A stretch of 64,000 nt of DNA from an uncultured Spirochaetota bacterium (GTDB lineage: Bacteria > Spirochaetota > Spirochaetia > SZUA-6 > Fen-1364), in contig CAVTHO010000004.1 in the NCBI GenBank assembly GCA_963734545.1, positions 544,001-608,000 on the forward strand, read 5' to 3'. Positions 49,050 through 59,041 of the stretch are shown piece after piece. Below the pieces are notes generated by a model. That model made no database searches and was not told where the DNA came from. It was given only the letters and a program-made list of their open reading frames with translations. The stretch's first letter is position 1, and each line of letters starts with the position of its first letter. The position numbers and the translations under genes are program-made.

Positions 49050-50441
49050 TCAATACGCGGCGAGCGGTTCTCTCTTGACGAACCTGCCCCTGCCCACCTC
49101 GCCGACGAACTTCATCTGGTCACCGGACCACTCCGCCACCCGCTTGCCGCGGGAGTACACGATCTCCGGCATCCCGGTCATCTCGAAGCCTTCCCACGGC
49201 GTGTAGTCCACGTTCTGGTGGAGCTTCTTCTGCGTGATCGTGAACTTGCGCTTCGGGTCGAAGACCACGATATCGGCGTCCTTGCCCGCGGCGATGGCGC
49301 CCTTGTTCTTCAGGCCGAACATCCGGGCCGTTCCCGTGGAGAGGACTTCCACCATTCTCTCCAGGGTGATGCGCCCCTTCACCACGCCTTCGGTGTGCAG
49401 GAGCATCAGCATGGTTTCGATGCCGGGGGCGCCGTTGGGGATCTTCTTGTAGTCATCCTTGCCGGCCATGTCCTTCTGCCCCTTGAAGTTGAACGGGCAG
49501 TGGTCAGTGCCCACTGTCTGCACGTCTCCGTCCCGCAGGCCCTGCCAGAGCTCGTTGCAGCTCTCCTGCGGACGAAGCGGCGGGGACATCACGTACTTGG
49601 CGCCGTTCCAGTTCGGCTCATTGTATCGGTCTTCAGTCAAAGTCAGGTACTGCGGACAGGTCTCCGCATGGATCTGTACACCACGGTCCCGGGCCTCCTT
49701 GATTGTCCAGAGACCCCTGGCCGACGAAAGGTGCACCACGTAAATCCTGCTGCCGGTGAACTCGGCCGCCTTCGCCGCCCGATACACCGCTTCCTCTTCC
49801 GCCATGATCGCGTGGGCCCGTGCATGATCCATCGGCGTGAGCTTTCCCTCCGCCGCGAGCTGTTCGTTCAGCCGGCGGATCATGTCGAAGCTCTCCGCGT
49901 GCACCTGCACGAGACCGCCATGTTTCTTCGTCTCCTCCAGGAGCCGGATCATGGTGTAGTCATCCACCCGGAAGTCGTAAAAGAGGAAGATCTTGAAGCT
50001 CGGGGTGCCGTACTCGTTGATGGCCTTCTTCACTTCCTCGATCACCTCGGGACGCGCGTCCGTGACGCCGGGGTGAATGCTGTAGTCCACGACGGTCTTC
50101 CCGTCCGCCTTGCCTTTCTGGCGCTCCACCGCGTCGCGGAGCATCTCTCCCTTTCCCTGGAGGCTGAAGTCGATGATGGAGGTGGTGCCCCCGCAGGCGG
50201 CGGCAATGGAACCGGTCTTCCAGTCGTCCGAGGATGTGGTGCCCATGAAGGGCATGTCGATATGAGTGTGTGGATCGATGGCGCCCGGCAGGATGTACTT
50301 GCCGGCTGCGTCCACCGTCTCGTCAGCCTTGACGGCAAGAGCGGTGCCGATGGACTTTATCGAATCCCCCTCCACGTAGACATCCGCCGTGAACGAGCCG
50401 GTGGATGTGACGACACGACCGTTTTTCAGTAGAACGCTCAT
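49050..50441 (-). CDS. hydA: dihydropyrimidinase
   Basis: PGAIDPHTH, SFKIF, VHAE, VVHLS, ETCPQYL, TDHCPF, IPNG. Confidence 0.95.
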   Translation of the reverse strand: MSVLLKNGRVVTSTGSFTADVYVEGDSIKSIGTALAVKADETVDAAGKYILPGAIDPHTHIDMPFMGTTSSDDWKTGSIAAACGGTTSIIDFSLQGKGEMLRDAVERQKGKADGKTVVDYSIHPGVTDARPEVIEEVKKAINEYGTPSFKIFLFYDFRVDDYTMIRLLEETKKHGGLVQVHAESFDMIRRLNEQLAAEGKLTPMDHARAHAIMAEEEAVYRAAKAAEFTGSRIYVVHLSSARGLWTIKEARDRGVQIHAETCPQYLTLTEDRYNEPNWNGAKYVMSPPLRPQESCNELWQGLRDGDVQTVGTDHCPFNFKGQKDMAGKDDYKKIPNGAPGIETMLMLLHTEGVVKGRITLERMVEVLSTGTARMFGLKNKGAIAAGKDADIVVFDPKRKFTITQKKLHQNVDYTPWEGFEMTGMPEIVYSRGKRVAEWSGDQMKFVGEVGRGRFVKREPLAAY

Positions 50442-50462
50442 GTGTGTGTTCCTCCTTTTTGC

Positions 50463-51758
50463 TTACGCGCCGGTGAATTGACTCACCTTGATCTGCCGTT
50501 TCGTTCCCGGATCCTTGACCGGCGTTTCCTGCCGCTTCCAGCCCCGGGGCATCTCCTTGTAGGTGATGAGGTCGGGGACCGGACAGATGAAGTTGCAGAT
50601 CATGCAGCTCAGGCACTTGTCCTCCGTCAGCTTGGGCCGGCGCTTTTCCGCTTCCCACTCCAGGGCCTGGCCGCCGGCGTCACGGCACACGATGTAGCAC
50701 TGTCCGCAGCCGATGCATTTTTCCAGGTCATACTGCGCCACGCCCTGCCGCTTCAGATCGAAGTGATCAGTGGTCTGCAGGTGCGGCAGTGTCTTTCCGA
50801 TCAGGTCCGCCATGCTCGTGATGCCGCGGGACACCATGTAGTCGGTGATGCCCTCGATCATGTCTTCCACGATCCGGTAACCATAGTGGATGATTCCCGT
50901 GGTCACCTGGAGCGTCGTGGCTCCCACCAGCAGGTATTCGAGCGCGTCCACCCAGGTCTCTATGCCGCCCATGGCAGAGAGTGGCAGATCGAGCTCCTTG
51001 CACTGCGCCATTTCCGCAATGAAGTGAAGGGCGATGGGTTTTATCGCGGCGCCCGAGTAACCGCTCATTGCACCCACGCCGAAGACATTGGGCCGGGGGA
51101 CAAGGTCATCGAGGCCGATCCCTGATATCGCCCGGAAGGTATTCACCGCCGAGATTCCGTCCGCCCCGCCCTTCTTGGCAAAGAGCGCCGGCTCGGTCAT
51201 GTCGGTGATGTTCGGGGTCATCTTGGCGAGCACGGGAATCTTCACGGCTTTCTTCACCGTGGCGGTGAACTTTTCAAGAAGGTGGAACGCCTGCCCCACC
51301 TTGTGTCCCGAGCCCTCCACGGTCATGTGGGGGCAGGAGAAGTTCAGCTCGAGCATGTCCGCCCCGTGATCTTCACTCGCCTTGGCCAGGTAGCCCCACT
51401 CATCGTTGGAGAATCCCATGATGCTCGCAATGATGGGGCGGTCAGGGTACTTCTTTTTCAGATAGAGGAAATCCGCCAGGTTGTCCTTCAGAGGACGATC
51501 CGATATCTGCTCCACGTTCTGCAGCCCCACCACGTGCTTGTCCTCGTAGTGATAGGGGCTCATGCGGGGAGAGGGATGGATGATCGGGATGCGGTCCGAA
51601 TTCAGGGTCTTGTAGCACACCCCTGCCCAGCCGTGCTCATACGCTTTTTCCACCATTTCGGCGCTGTTCGACACCGGCGAGGAGGACAGCAGGAAGGGGT
51701 TCCTGAATCTCACGCCGCAGAAGCTCACCGAAAGGTCGGTCTTGTGATTTGTCCCCAT
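50463..51758 (-). CDS. preA: NAD-dependent dihydropyrimidine dehydrogenase subunit PreA
   Basis: NPFLLSS, ELNFSCPH, KMTPN, GYSGAAIKPIAL; C-terminal 2x[4Fe-4S]. Confidence 0.95.
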   Translation of the reverse strand: MGTNHKTDLSVSFCGVRFRNPFLLSSSPVSNSAEMVEKAYEHGWAGVCYKTLNSDRIPIIHPSPRMSPYHYEDKHVVGLQNVEQISDRPLKDNLADFLYLKKKYPDRPIIASIMGFSNDEWGYLAKASEDHGADMLELNFSCPHMTVEGSGHKVGQAFHLLEKFTATVKKAVKIPVLAKMTPNITDMTEPALFAKKGGADGISAVNTFRAISGIGLDDLVPRPNVFGVGAMSGYSGAAIKPIALHFIAEMAQCKELDLPLSAMGGIETWVDALEYLLVGATTLQVTTGIIHYGYRIVEDMIEGITDYMVSRGITSMADLIGKTLPHLQTTDHFDLKRQGVAQYDLEKCIGCGQCYIVCRDAGGQALEWEAEKRRPKLTEDKCLSCMICNFICPVPDLITYKEMPRGWKRQETPVKDPGTKRQIKVSQFTGA

Positions 51759-51770
51759 TGCTTTCCTCCT

Positions 51771-53087
51771 TCAGCTCAGGGCTTCGCGGATTGCCCGCGC
51801 GGCCAGCTTGCCGTCCTGCACCGCATCAACCACCAGGGCAGGGCCCCGGACTATGTCTCCGCCTGCAAAAGTAGTCTTCGCGGAGGTCTTCCGTGTCTTC
51901 TCATCCGCGACAATCAGGCCTCGCCGGTCCACCGCGACCATCCCCGACCAGTCGGCGGGATCGGGGCGATTGCCGATTGCCTCTATGGCAAGCTGGGCCT
52001 CGAGGGTCCACTCGGAACCCTTGATTTCGGCAGGCGCTCGGCGCCCGGAGGCATCTGGTTCACCCAGGCGGGTCCGCACGAGGGCAAGTCCCTTCAGCTT
52101 CCCCTGGCCGTCAGCCAGGTACTCTTTCGGCTGGTTGAGAAGAAGGAAATGGACTCCTTCACGGAGAGCGGCAAGGCGCTCCTCTTCCTCCGCCGGCATC
52201 TGGGCAAAGGAGCGGCGGTACACGAGGTAGGCGTCCCTGGCCCCCAGCTTCAGGGCGGACTCCACGCAGTCCATGGCAACGCTTCCTCCGCCGATGACAG
52301 CTACAGCCTTGCCTTCGACCATCCGTGACAGCTTGTCATAAGCCTCTTCCCTCAGCAGGGCGAGAAACTCCACTGAAGTGAGGACGCCTGCTACCTTGTC
52401 GGCTCCGGGGATACGCTCGGCTCCCCAGAGTCCCGGCGCGATGAAGGCTGCCTTGAAGCCTTCATTGAGCAGCTTCTCCGCGCCTTTGGCGCCATCAATA
52501 CGGGTATTGCAGATGAACTTGACGCCAAGGAACTCCAGGTCCGCCAGTTCGTGCGCAAGGAAGCTCCTGTCGAACCGGTAGGCGGGCACACCGTAGCGGA
52601 TGACGCCTCCCGGCTCCCCGCGCTCCTCGAATACCGTCACCTGGAACCCGGACTTGGCCAGCTCAGCGGCGCAGGACAGGCCTGCCGGCCCGGAGCCTAC
52701 AACCGCGACCTTTTCCGGCCGCGCCGCCGGCTTGTCGAATGCCCTGAATCCGGTTTTCCATCCATGCTCGATCAGGGCGCGCTGGATCCTGCCGATCTCT
52801 ATGGGCCTGCCGATGCCGGTGGCGCTGCACTCCTTCTCGCACAACCGGGAGGTCGGACAAAGGACCCCGCATGCCCCGCCGAGGGAGTTGTTCGACTTCA
52901 CCGTGCGGATGGCACCCGTAATGTTGCGCAGGCGAAGCTTGCGGATAAAGGTGCCGGGATCAGTCTCCGCGGGACATCCCTTGGAGCAGGGAGCATCGTG
53001 GCACAGGAGGCAGCGATCTGCCTCGGCCATGGCCTGCCACAGATCGAATCCCTTCTCCATCTGTTGGAAGCGCTCAAGCTGGATCAC
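51771..53087 (-). CDS. preT: dihydropyrimidine dehydrogenase subunit PreT (GltD-like)
   Basis: EADRCLLCHDAPCSKGCP, GSGPAG, GGGSVAMD, FAGGD; GTG 53087 with AGGAGG RBS. Confidence 0.93.
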   Translation of the reverse strand: MIQLERFQQMEKGFDLWQAMAEADRCLLCHDAPCSKGCPAETDPGTFIRKLRLRNITGAIRTVKSNNSLGGACGVLCPTSRLCEKECSATGIGRPIEIGRIQRALIEHGWKTGFRAFDKPAARPEKVAVVGSGPAGLSCAAELAKSGFQVTVFEERGEPGGVIRYGVPAYRFDRSFLAHELADLEFLGVKFICNTRIDGAKGAEKLLNEGFKAAFIAPGLWGAERIPGADKVAGVLTSVEFLALLREEAYDKLSRMVEGKAVAVIGGGSVAMDCVESALKLGARDAYLVYRRSFAQMPAEEEERLAALREGVHFLLLNQPKEYLADGQGKLKGLALVRTRLGEPDASGRRAPAEIKGSEWTLEAQLAIEAIGNRPDPADWSGMVAVDRRGLIVADEKTRKTSAKTTFAGGDIVRGPALVVDAVQDGKLAARAIREALS

Positions 53088-53287
53088 TGCGGAGCCTCCT
53101 TGAAAAAAGTATTGGCGTCTGCCGGTTCCGGGGAATTGCTCCCCTGCCGGCACGCGGAAACGACTGCGCTTCTTGAAGAATTTGAATGCCGTCCGCCGGG
53201 ACTGTGTGACCCGCCCACCACGATCCGGCCTGCTGCGCATGCCGCAGGGGGACCAGGCCGCAGCGGTTTGCCGCAGCGGACTCCCGG

Positions 53288-53316
53288 ATTATAGGTCCAG
53301 TTGCTCCATTTGTAAA
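53288..53316 (-). promoter_or_regulatory. putative preT operon promoter
   Basis: TTTACA-17 bp-TATAAT on the minus strand. Confidence 0.7.
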
Positions 53317-53342
53317 CAAAAATAAACGCGAGCAAAAATGAT

Positions 53343-53372
53343 TTGACGGCTTTTTTCTGTTTGTCCTATAAT
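53343..53372 (+). promoter_or_regulatory. putative promoter of the nitrilase-family gene
   Basis: TTGACG-18 bp-TATAAT. Confidence 0.7.
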
Positions 53373-53390
53373 CAGCCAAAGGAGACACAC

Positions 53391-54260
53391 ATGCCACGAG
53401 TGATCCGTTGCGGCCTGATCCAGGCCTCGAACCCCACGCACGAGGGCTCCCTCCAGGAAATCAAGGAGAAGATGATCCAGAAGCACATGCCCCTTATCGA
53501 CGAGGCGGGCAAGAAGGGAGTCCAGGTCCTGTGCCTGCAGGAGATATTCCACGGCCCCTATTTCCCGGCGGAGCAGGACATCAAGTGGTACAAGACCGCC
53601 GAACCGGTGCCGGGACCCATCACGGAGAGGATGGCCCCGATTGCGAAGAAGTACCGCATGGTGATGATCCTGCCCGTCTACGAGATGGAGCAGGAGGGCG
53701 TGTACTACAACACCGCGGCGGTGCTCGATGCAGACGGGAAGTACCTCGGGAAGATGCGCAAGGTGCACATTCCCCACACTTATCCCGCCTTCTGGGAGAA
53801 GTTCTATTTCAAGCCCGGCACGATTCCATTCCCCGTCTTCCAGACCGCGTATGCGAAAATCGGGATCTACATCTGCTACGACCGGCATTTTCCAGAGTGC
53901 GCGCGCATCCTGGCACTCAAGGGAGCGGAGATCCTGTTCAACCCTTCCGCCACGACCGAGGGCAAGTCCAAATACCTCTGGGAGCTGGAGCAGCCTGCCC
54001 AGGCGGTGGCAAACGGGGTGTTTATCGGGGCCAACAACAGGGTGGGAGTCGAAAAGCCCTGGGAGTTCGGCAAGTTCTACGGATCGAGCTACTTCGTGGA
54101 TCCGCGCGGGAAGATTCTCGTCAAAGGCTCCGAGGACAAGGACGAGGTGGTAGTGGCAGATCTGGACATGGACCAGATCCGGGAAGTGCGCGACGGCTGG
54201 CAGTTCTTCCGTGACCGCCGCCCCGAGCTGTACACCGAAATCGGACAGCAACTTCCGTAA
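53391..54260 (+). CDS. nitrilase-superfamily C-N hydrolase (probable beta-ureidopropionase)
   Basis: E-K-C triad (LQEIF, RKVHIP, ICYDRHFPE), FWEKFYF, QFFRDRRPELY. Confidence 0.88.
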   Translation: MPRVIRCGLIQASNPTHEGSLQEIKEKMIQKHMPLIDEAGKKGVQVLCLQEIFHGPYFPAEQDIKWYKTAEPVPGPITERMAPIAKKYRMVMILPVYEMEQEGVYYNTAAVLDADGKYLGKMRKVHIPHTYPAFWEKFYFKPGTIPFPVFQTAYAKIGIYICYDRHFPECARILALKGAEILFNPSATTEGKSKYLWELEQPAQAVANGVFIGANNRVGVEKPWEFGKFYGSSYFVDPRGKILVKGSEDKDEVVVADLDMDQIREVRDGWQFFRDRRPELYTEIGQQLP

Positions 54261-54279
54261 AGAGACGCCCGTTGTAAGG

Positions 54280-54319
54280 AAATAAAAAAGGCGCCGGGAA
54301 CCCCGGCGCCTTTTTATTT
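54280..54319. terminator. bidirectional intrinsic terminator
   Basis: AAATAAAAAA-GGCGCCGGG-loop-CCCGGCGCC-TTTTTATTT between convergent genes. Confidence 0.9.
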
Positions 54320-54387
54320 CAGAAAGTCTCGTGGCTATGGGGCGCCTTCCGTACTTCCCTGTACTCGGCGCCCCTCGCCCTCCATGG

Positions 54388-55836
54388 CTACGCCTGCTTT
54401 TCTTTCAGCGCGCTCGCGAAGATCCACTCCAGCAGGAATGCAATGACAACCGAGAAGTACCAGATCACGCCGCCGGGGAACGGGATCTTCAGCGCCCCGA
54501 TGTTGATGTACGCCATCTGGTTGATGAGCGCCGCGATAACGTAGCAGAGGATCCAGGTAAGGATCAGCGACACGTACGCCGAGACGCTCCACCCGTTGCG
54601 GAACCAGTACTTGCCCGAGCCCTTGGTAAACAGGGCCCCCATGTCGAGCTTCTGTCTATTCACGACCCAGTAGTTGGCGATCATGAGACCCGCAATCGGG
54701 CCCAGCAGGATGCCATAGTTCCCTGCCCACCCCTGGATGTAATTGACATACTGGGGGCCATTGCCGACCGCCCACCAGGGGGCCGCGAAGAAAGCGATGA
54801 CCGAGCCGATGATGATGGCCGGCTTCCAGCGCAGCTTGAAGGTGGACATGAGGATATTGAACAGGGGAATAGAGTTCGCGGTCATGTCCGTGGACCAGGG
54901 TGCAAGGAACGCGAACAGCAGTCCGATGAGGGCGGGAATTATTCCCGGAGCGAACTTGACGATGATATCCTGCGGCAGAATTGTGCCTGTCAGCGCCACC
55001 GCGGTGAATCCGAGCGCGGTTCCCAGCATCTGGCAGAGAACGATTCCGACGAACAGCCCGATGCCGAATGCGCCCTTCTTCTGCGGGTTTATGCCGCGGG
55101 AGATATCCGAAATGTTCAGCGCGACTGTTGCCCACCAGTTCGTTTGAACGGCCAGATACGCCAGGAATGGCAAGGTAAGATAGCCCGCCTTGCTTACCCA
55201 CAGGGTCGGGATATTCGGCTTGAACTCCCCACGGGTGAGCAGGAAAATGACCAGCCAGACGAAATAGACGAGCATGATCGGGCCGGCCCAATTGGCCATT
55301 TTCCCGATTCCCTGCAGCCCGAACAGCATGACCAGAACAAAGGAGCCCAGGTAAACGAGCAGGGCGATCCACAGGTAGCTGATGGAAACCGAGAGCACCT
55401 GGTCCTTGGGAATGCCGGGGATGAGGGAAACAACGATCATGGTCATTGCCAGGGAGCCTGCCCAGGCTTCCACGCCAAACCACACAAGTCCGGAGAGACC
55501 CCTCATGATGACCGGTATGTGCGTGCCGCGGAAACCGAAGGTGGATCTGAGCTGGACAGGGAAGGTGAGCGCGTGCCGCACACCTACCGTGCCGTTCAGC
55601 CACATGACCACTACCGCGGCCAGGTTTCCGACAAGCGAGCCCCAGAGCACCTGCCAGAAGTTCAGCCCGAGTCCCTGTCCGATGGGTCCCAGGAAGAACA
55701 TCGGGATGCAGGTGTTCATGGAGAACATCATGAGCGTCCATGTCCACGTGCCGTACTTCTGGGCGCTGCGTGGAATGGGCATCAGGTCCGGGTTTTCTGT
55801 ATACCCTTTCGGAACCACAGTCACGACGTCTGCCAT
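54388..55836 (-). CDS. NCS1 nucleobase:cation symporter
   Basis: ENPDLMP, FPVQLRSTFG, WFGVEAW, WATVALNISDISR, LGPIAGLMIANYW. Confidence 0.92.
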   Translation of the reverse strand: MADVVTVVPKGYTENPDLMPIPRSAQKYGTWTWTLMMFSMNTCIPMFFLGPIGQGLGLNFWQVLWGSLVGNLAAVVVMWLNGTVGVRHALTFPVQLRSTFGFRGTHIPVIMRGLSGLVWFGVEAWAGSLAMTMIVVSLIPGIPKDQVLSVSISYLWIALLVYLGSFVLVMLFGLQGIGKMANWAGPIMLVYFVWLVIFLLTRGEFKPNIPTLWVSKAGYLTLPFLAYLAVQTNWWATVALNISDISRGINPQKKGAFGIGLFVGIVLCQMLGTALGFTAVALTGTILPQDIIVKFAPGIIPALIGLLFAFLAPWSTDMTANSIPLFNILMSTFKLRWKPAIIIGSVIAFFAAPWWAVGNGPQYVNYIQGWAGNYGILLGPIAGLMIANYWVVNRQKLDMGALFTKGSGKYWFRNGWSVSAYVSLILTWILCYVIAALINQMAYINIGALKIPFPGGVIWYFSVVIAFLLEWIFASALKEKQA

Positions 55837-55958
55837 AGTGCCTCCTTCTCATGAAAGGATTAGGTTAGTGTCCCACTATAAAACGGGTTTTTCGGGAAAG
55901 CAACATTTTTTTTATAAATATCCGATGATGGGGCTCAGCCGTCGGCCTGATGTTTGCA

Positions 55959-55987
55959 TTGACGGGAGGCCTCGTTGGTGGTAATCT
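55959..55987 (+). promoter_or_regulatory. putative mmsA promoter
   Basis: TTGACG-17 bp-TAATCT with an extended TG. Confidence 0.65.
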
Positions 55988-56017
55988 GGAATCAACCCCC
56001 AGATCAAGGAGATCTAC

Positions 56018-57550
56018 ATGACCCAGACAGCCATAAAACTTAAGTATTTCGCGGGCGGGTGGAAGGAATCTAAGACCACGAAATACATGGATTGTTTCGA
56101 TCCCTCTACGGGCGAAGTGATCGCCCAGGCCCCCCAGTGCACCCCCGCGGAGGTGGAGGAGGCAATCGCGGCCGCAGCCGCAGCTTTTCCCGAGTGGTCG
56201 GACACGCCTCCCAGCAAGCGCGTACAGGTCCTTTTCCGAATGAAGAGCCTGCTGGACAAGCACCTGGATGAGCTGACCATGCTCGTCGCAAAGGAGCACG
56301 GCAAGGTCCTGGACGAGGCAATGGGAGATGCCATCAAGGTGACGGAGCTCGTGGAGTTCGCCTGCGGCATCCCCCACCTGATGAAGGGCCCTGCCATCAT
56401 GAATGCCACGGCGGGCTATGACACCACCCAGTACATGGAGCCCCTCGGCGTTTTCGCCGGTATCGTGCCCTGGAATTTCCCCGCAATGCTGCCCATGGGC
56501 TGGGTTGCGCCCCTCTGCATTGCCACGGGAAACACGCTGGTGCTGAAGCTGGCAAGCTTCGTCCCCCAGTCCGCAATCAGGATCATGGACCTGTGGGAAG
56601 AGGCCGGACTGCCCAAGGGAGTGATCAACCTGGTGACCTGCTCGCGCAATGAAGCGGAGATACTGCTCCGGCACCCCGACATAAAGGGCGTCTGCTTTGT
56701 CGGCTCGACGTCCGTCGGCAAGCACATCTATGCAACGGCAGCGGCAAACGGCAAGCGCGTCCAGGCGCTCACGGAAGCAAAGAATCATGCCCTCGTGCTC
56801 AGGGACGCTGCGCTGGAGCGGACCGCCCGCGGCATCGTGAACTCCGCCTGCGGGTGCGCGGGAGAGCGCTGCATGGCGCTGCCTGTTGTGGTGGTGGAGG
56901 AAGCAATCGCGGACAAGCTGGTGGCAGTGCTGGCAAAGGTGATGTCGGAACTGAAGGTCGGCCCCGCGTATGACAAGACCAGCCAGCTCGGGCCCCTCGT
57001 CAACGCCGAGCATCGGCAGTCTGTCATCAAGTGGATCGAGAAAGGCGTCGAGGAAGGCGCAGAGCTCGTGCTGGACGGCCGCAAGGTGTGCGTCAAAGGG
57101 TATGAAAAGGGCTTCTACCTGGGAGCCACCCTGTTCGACCACGTGAAACCGGGCATGACCATCGGAGACCGTGAGATATTCGGCCCGGTGCTCTGCGTGA
57201 AGCGCGTCAAGGACTTCGAGGAGGGCCTGGCGCTCATGAACAAGAGCGAGTTCGCCAATGGATCGGTGATCTTTACGCAGAACGGCTACTATGCGCGGGA
57301 GTTCTCCAAGAGAACCCACGGCGGCATGGTCGGCGTGAACGTAGGCATACCCGTTCCGCTGGGCATATTCGGGTTCACCGGGCACAAGAACTCGTTCTTC
57401 GGTGACCTGCACACCATGGGCGCCGATGCTGTTCGATTTTTCACGGAGCTCAAGACCGTCACGGCGCACTGGTTCTCCGAAGCGGAAGCTCGGGAAGCCA
57501 AAGTGCTCAATAGCTGGGATGGCATGATGTCGATGCCGGACAAGAAATAG
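56018..57550 (+). CDS. mmsA: CoA-acylating (methyl)malonate-semialdehyde dehydrogenase
   Basis: PWNFP, FVGST, KRVQAL..AKNH, AGERCMA, EIFGPV, GVNVGIPVP. Confidence 0.93.
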   Translation: MTQTAIKLKYFAGGWKESKTTKYMDCFDPSTGEVIAQAPQCTPAEVEEAIAAAAAAFPEWSDTPPSKRVQVLFRMKSLLDKHLDELTMLVAKEHGKVLDEAMGDAIKVTELVEFACGIPHLMKGPAIMNATAGYDTTQYMEPLGVFAGIVPWNFPAMLPMGWVAPLCIATGNTLVLKLASFVPQSAIRIMDLWEEAGLPKGVINLVTCSRNEAEILLRHPDIKGVCFVGSTSVGKHIYATAAANGKRVQALTEAKNHALVLRDAALERTARGIVNSACGCAGERCMALPVVVVEEAIADKLVAVLAKVMSELKVGPAYDKTSQLGPLVNAEHRQSVIKWIEKGVEEGAELVLDGRKVCVKGYEKGFYLGATLFDHVKPGMTIGDREIFGPVLCVKRVKDFEEGLALMNKSEFANGSVIFTQNGYYAREFSKRTHGGMVGVNVGIPVPLGIFGFTGHKNSFFGDLHTMGADAVRFFTELKTVTAHWFSEAEAREAKVLNSWDGMMSMPDKK

Positions 57551-57560
57551 ACGGACCCAA

Positions 57561-57597
57561 CAAGGACGCCCGGCCTCCTCGGCCGGGCGTTCCTTCT
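57561..57597. terminator. hairpin between convergent genes
   Basis: ACGCCCGGCC/GGCCGGGCGT stem followed by TCCTTCT. Confidence 0.7.
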
Positions 57598-57606
57598 CGG
57601 GCTGCC

Positions 57607-58905
57607 TTAGATAATGTAGAACAGGTACAGCAGCAGATTGCAGACGAGCACGACCACAATCATGATCGGATACGACACCTTGCAGTAATATCCCCAGCCT
57701 ATCTTCTTCTCGGTCATCCGTTCGTACGTTGCAACGGCAACCACATTCGCCGAGGCGCCGATAGGTGTGCCGTTTCCGCCGATGTCGGTCCCGAGCGCGG
57801 CGGACCAGACCAGCGGCAGGAGCGAGAATCCAGGCGCGCCGCCCATGTGCTTGAGAATGGGCGCCATGGTAGCGGCGAAAGGAACGTTATCCACAATGGA
57901 AGACCCGAATGCGCCCACCCAGAGGATGATGGACATCGCGACGAAGAAGTTCCCAGCGGAGAGCTCCCTCACCTTGTCGGCGACCATGGTCAGAAGGCCC
58001 ACGTGCTCCATCGCGCCTACGATCAGGAACAGGCCGGCAAAGAAAGCGATCGTGGGGTAGTCGATCTTGTGGAGGACTTTCCCCATTTGCTTCCCGCCCA
58101 GAAGCAGGGCGAGCAGCGCTCCGGTGATGGCGATTGTCGCGACAGAGAGGTGAGTCATGCTGTGCGTGACCAGGGCGGCAACGACATAGAAAATAGCGAT
58201 CAGGCCCACTGCAAAGAGTCTCTTGTCCTGAACGGCACGCGCAGGGTCCAGGGAGTTTACCTGCTGCTCGAGTCGAATCGGATCCTCCCGCAGGTGCCTG
58301 CGAGCCGCGAAAATCTCCTTCCGGAAAAACAAGATGAAGAGAGCGATGCAGACGACAAACCCGATCCAGGCAATGGCGCCGGTATTCTCGACGAAATCAA
58401 GAAACGAAAGGTTGAAGTACGTCCCAAGAATCACATTTGGTGGATCCCCGACCATGGTCGAGGCGCCGCCGATATTGGCTGCGCTGATCTCGGCAAGAAT
58501 CAGCGGGAGCGGATTGATCCCGATGATGGCCGCCACTTCAATGGTGAGGGTGGACATGAAGAGCATGACGGTGATGCTGTCCACGAACGCGGAGAGGAAC
58601 GCCGCAAGGAACGGGAAGAGGATGAAGAGCTTCAGGGGATCCAGCTTGACCCACCGGGCGCTGTGGAGGCCGAGCCATCGGAAGAATCCTGAGAGGCTCA
58701 TGGTTTCTATGATCACCATCATTCCGAACACGAAGAGGATGGTCTCCCAGTTCTCGTAGTGCAGGAGCTCCTTGGGGCCCAGGACGAAGATAAACGCCAG
58801 CACGGCGCCGAGCATTGCCGCGATGGTGCGGTTCACCTTTTCGGAAATGATCAGACCATAGGAGAGGACGAATATCCCCAGCGCGATCCATTGTTGTGTT
58901 GTGAT
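57607..58905 (-). CDS. ArsB/NhaD (P-protein-like) ion transporter; start uncertain
   Basis: LSAFVDSITV, ANIGGASTMVGDPPN, DNVPF, GGNGTPIGASANV. Confidence 0.9.
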   Translation of the reverse strand: MTTQQWIALGIFVLSYGLIISEKVNRTIAAMLGAVLAFIFVLGPKELLHYENWETILFVFGMMVIIETMSLSGFFRWLGLHSARWVKLDPLKLFILFPFLAAFLSAFVDSITVMLFMSTLTIEVAAIIGINPLPLILAEISAANIGGASTMVGDPPNVILGTYFNLSFLDFVENTGAIAWIGFVVCIALFILFFRKEIFAARRHLREDPIRLEQQVNSLDPARAVQDKRLFAVGLIAIFYVVAALVTHSMTHLSVATIAITGALLALLLGGKQMGKVLHKIDYPTIAFFAGLFLIVGAMEHVGLLTMVADKVRELSAGNFFVAMSIILWVGAFGSSIVDNVPFAATMAPILKHMGGAPGFSLLPLVWSAALGTDIGGNGTPIGASANVVAVATYERMTEKKIGWGYYCKVSYPIMIVVVLVCNLLLYLFYII

Positions 58906-59041
58906 ATGATTCCCCCTGCCGAGCCAGGCTGCGCCCCGCATATTACAGGAAGTCATTTGCCTTGGCAAATCTTTTTTTCCGAAAATGGTCGTTGACTCGC
59001 CCGGACAACGCAATTAGCTTTGTGCCGGAGATCCAGAAGCC

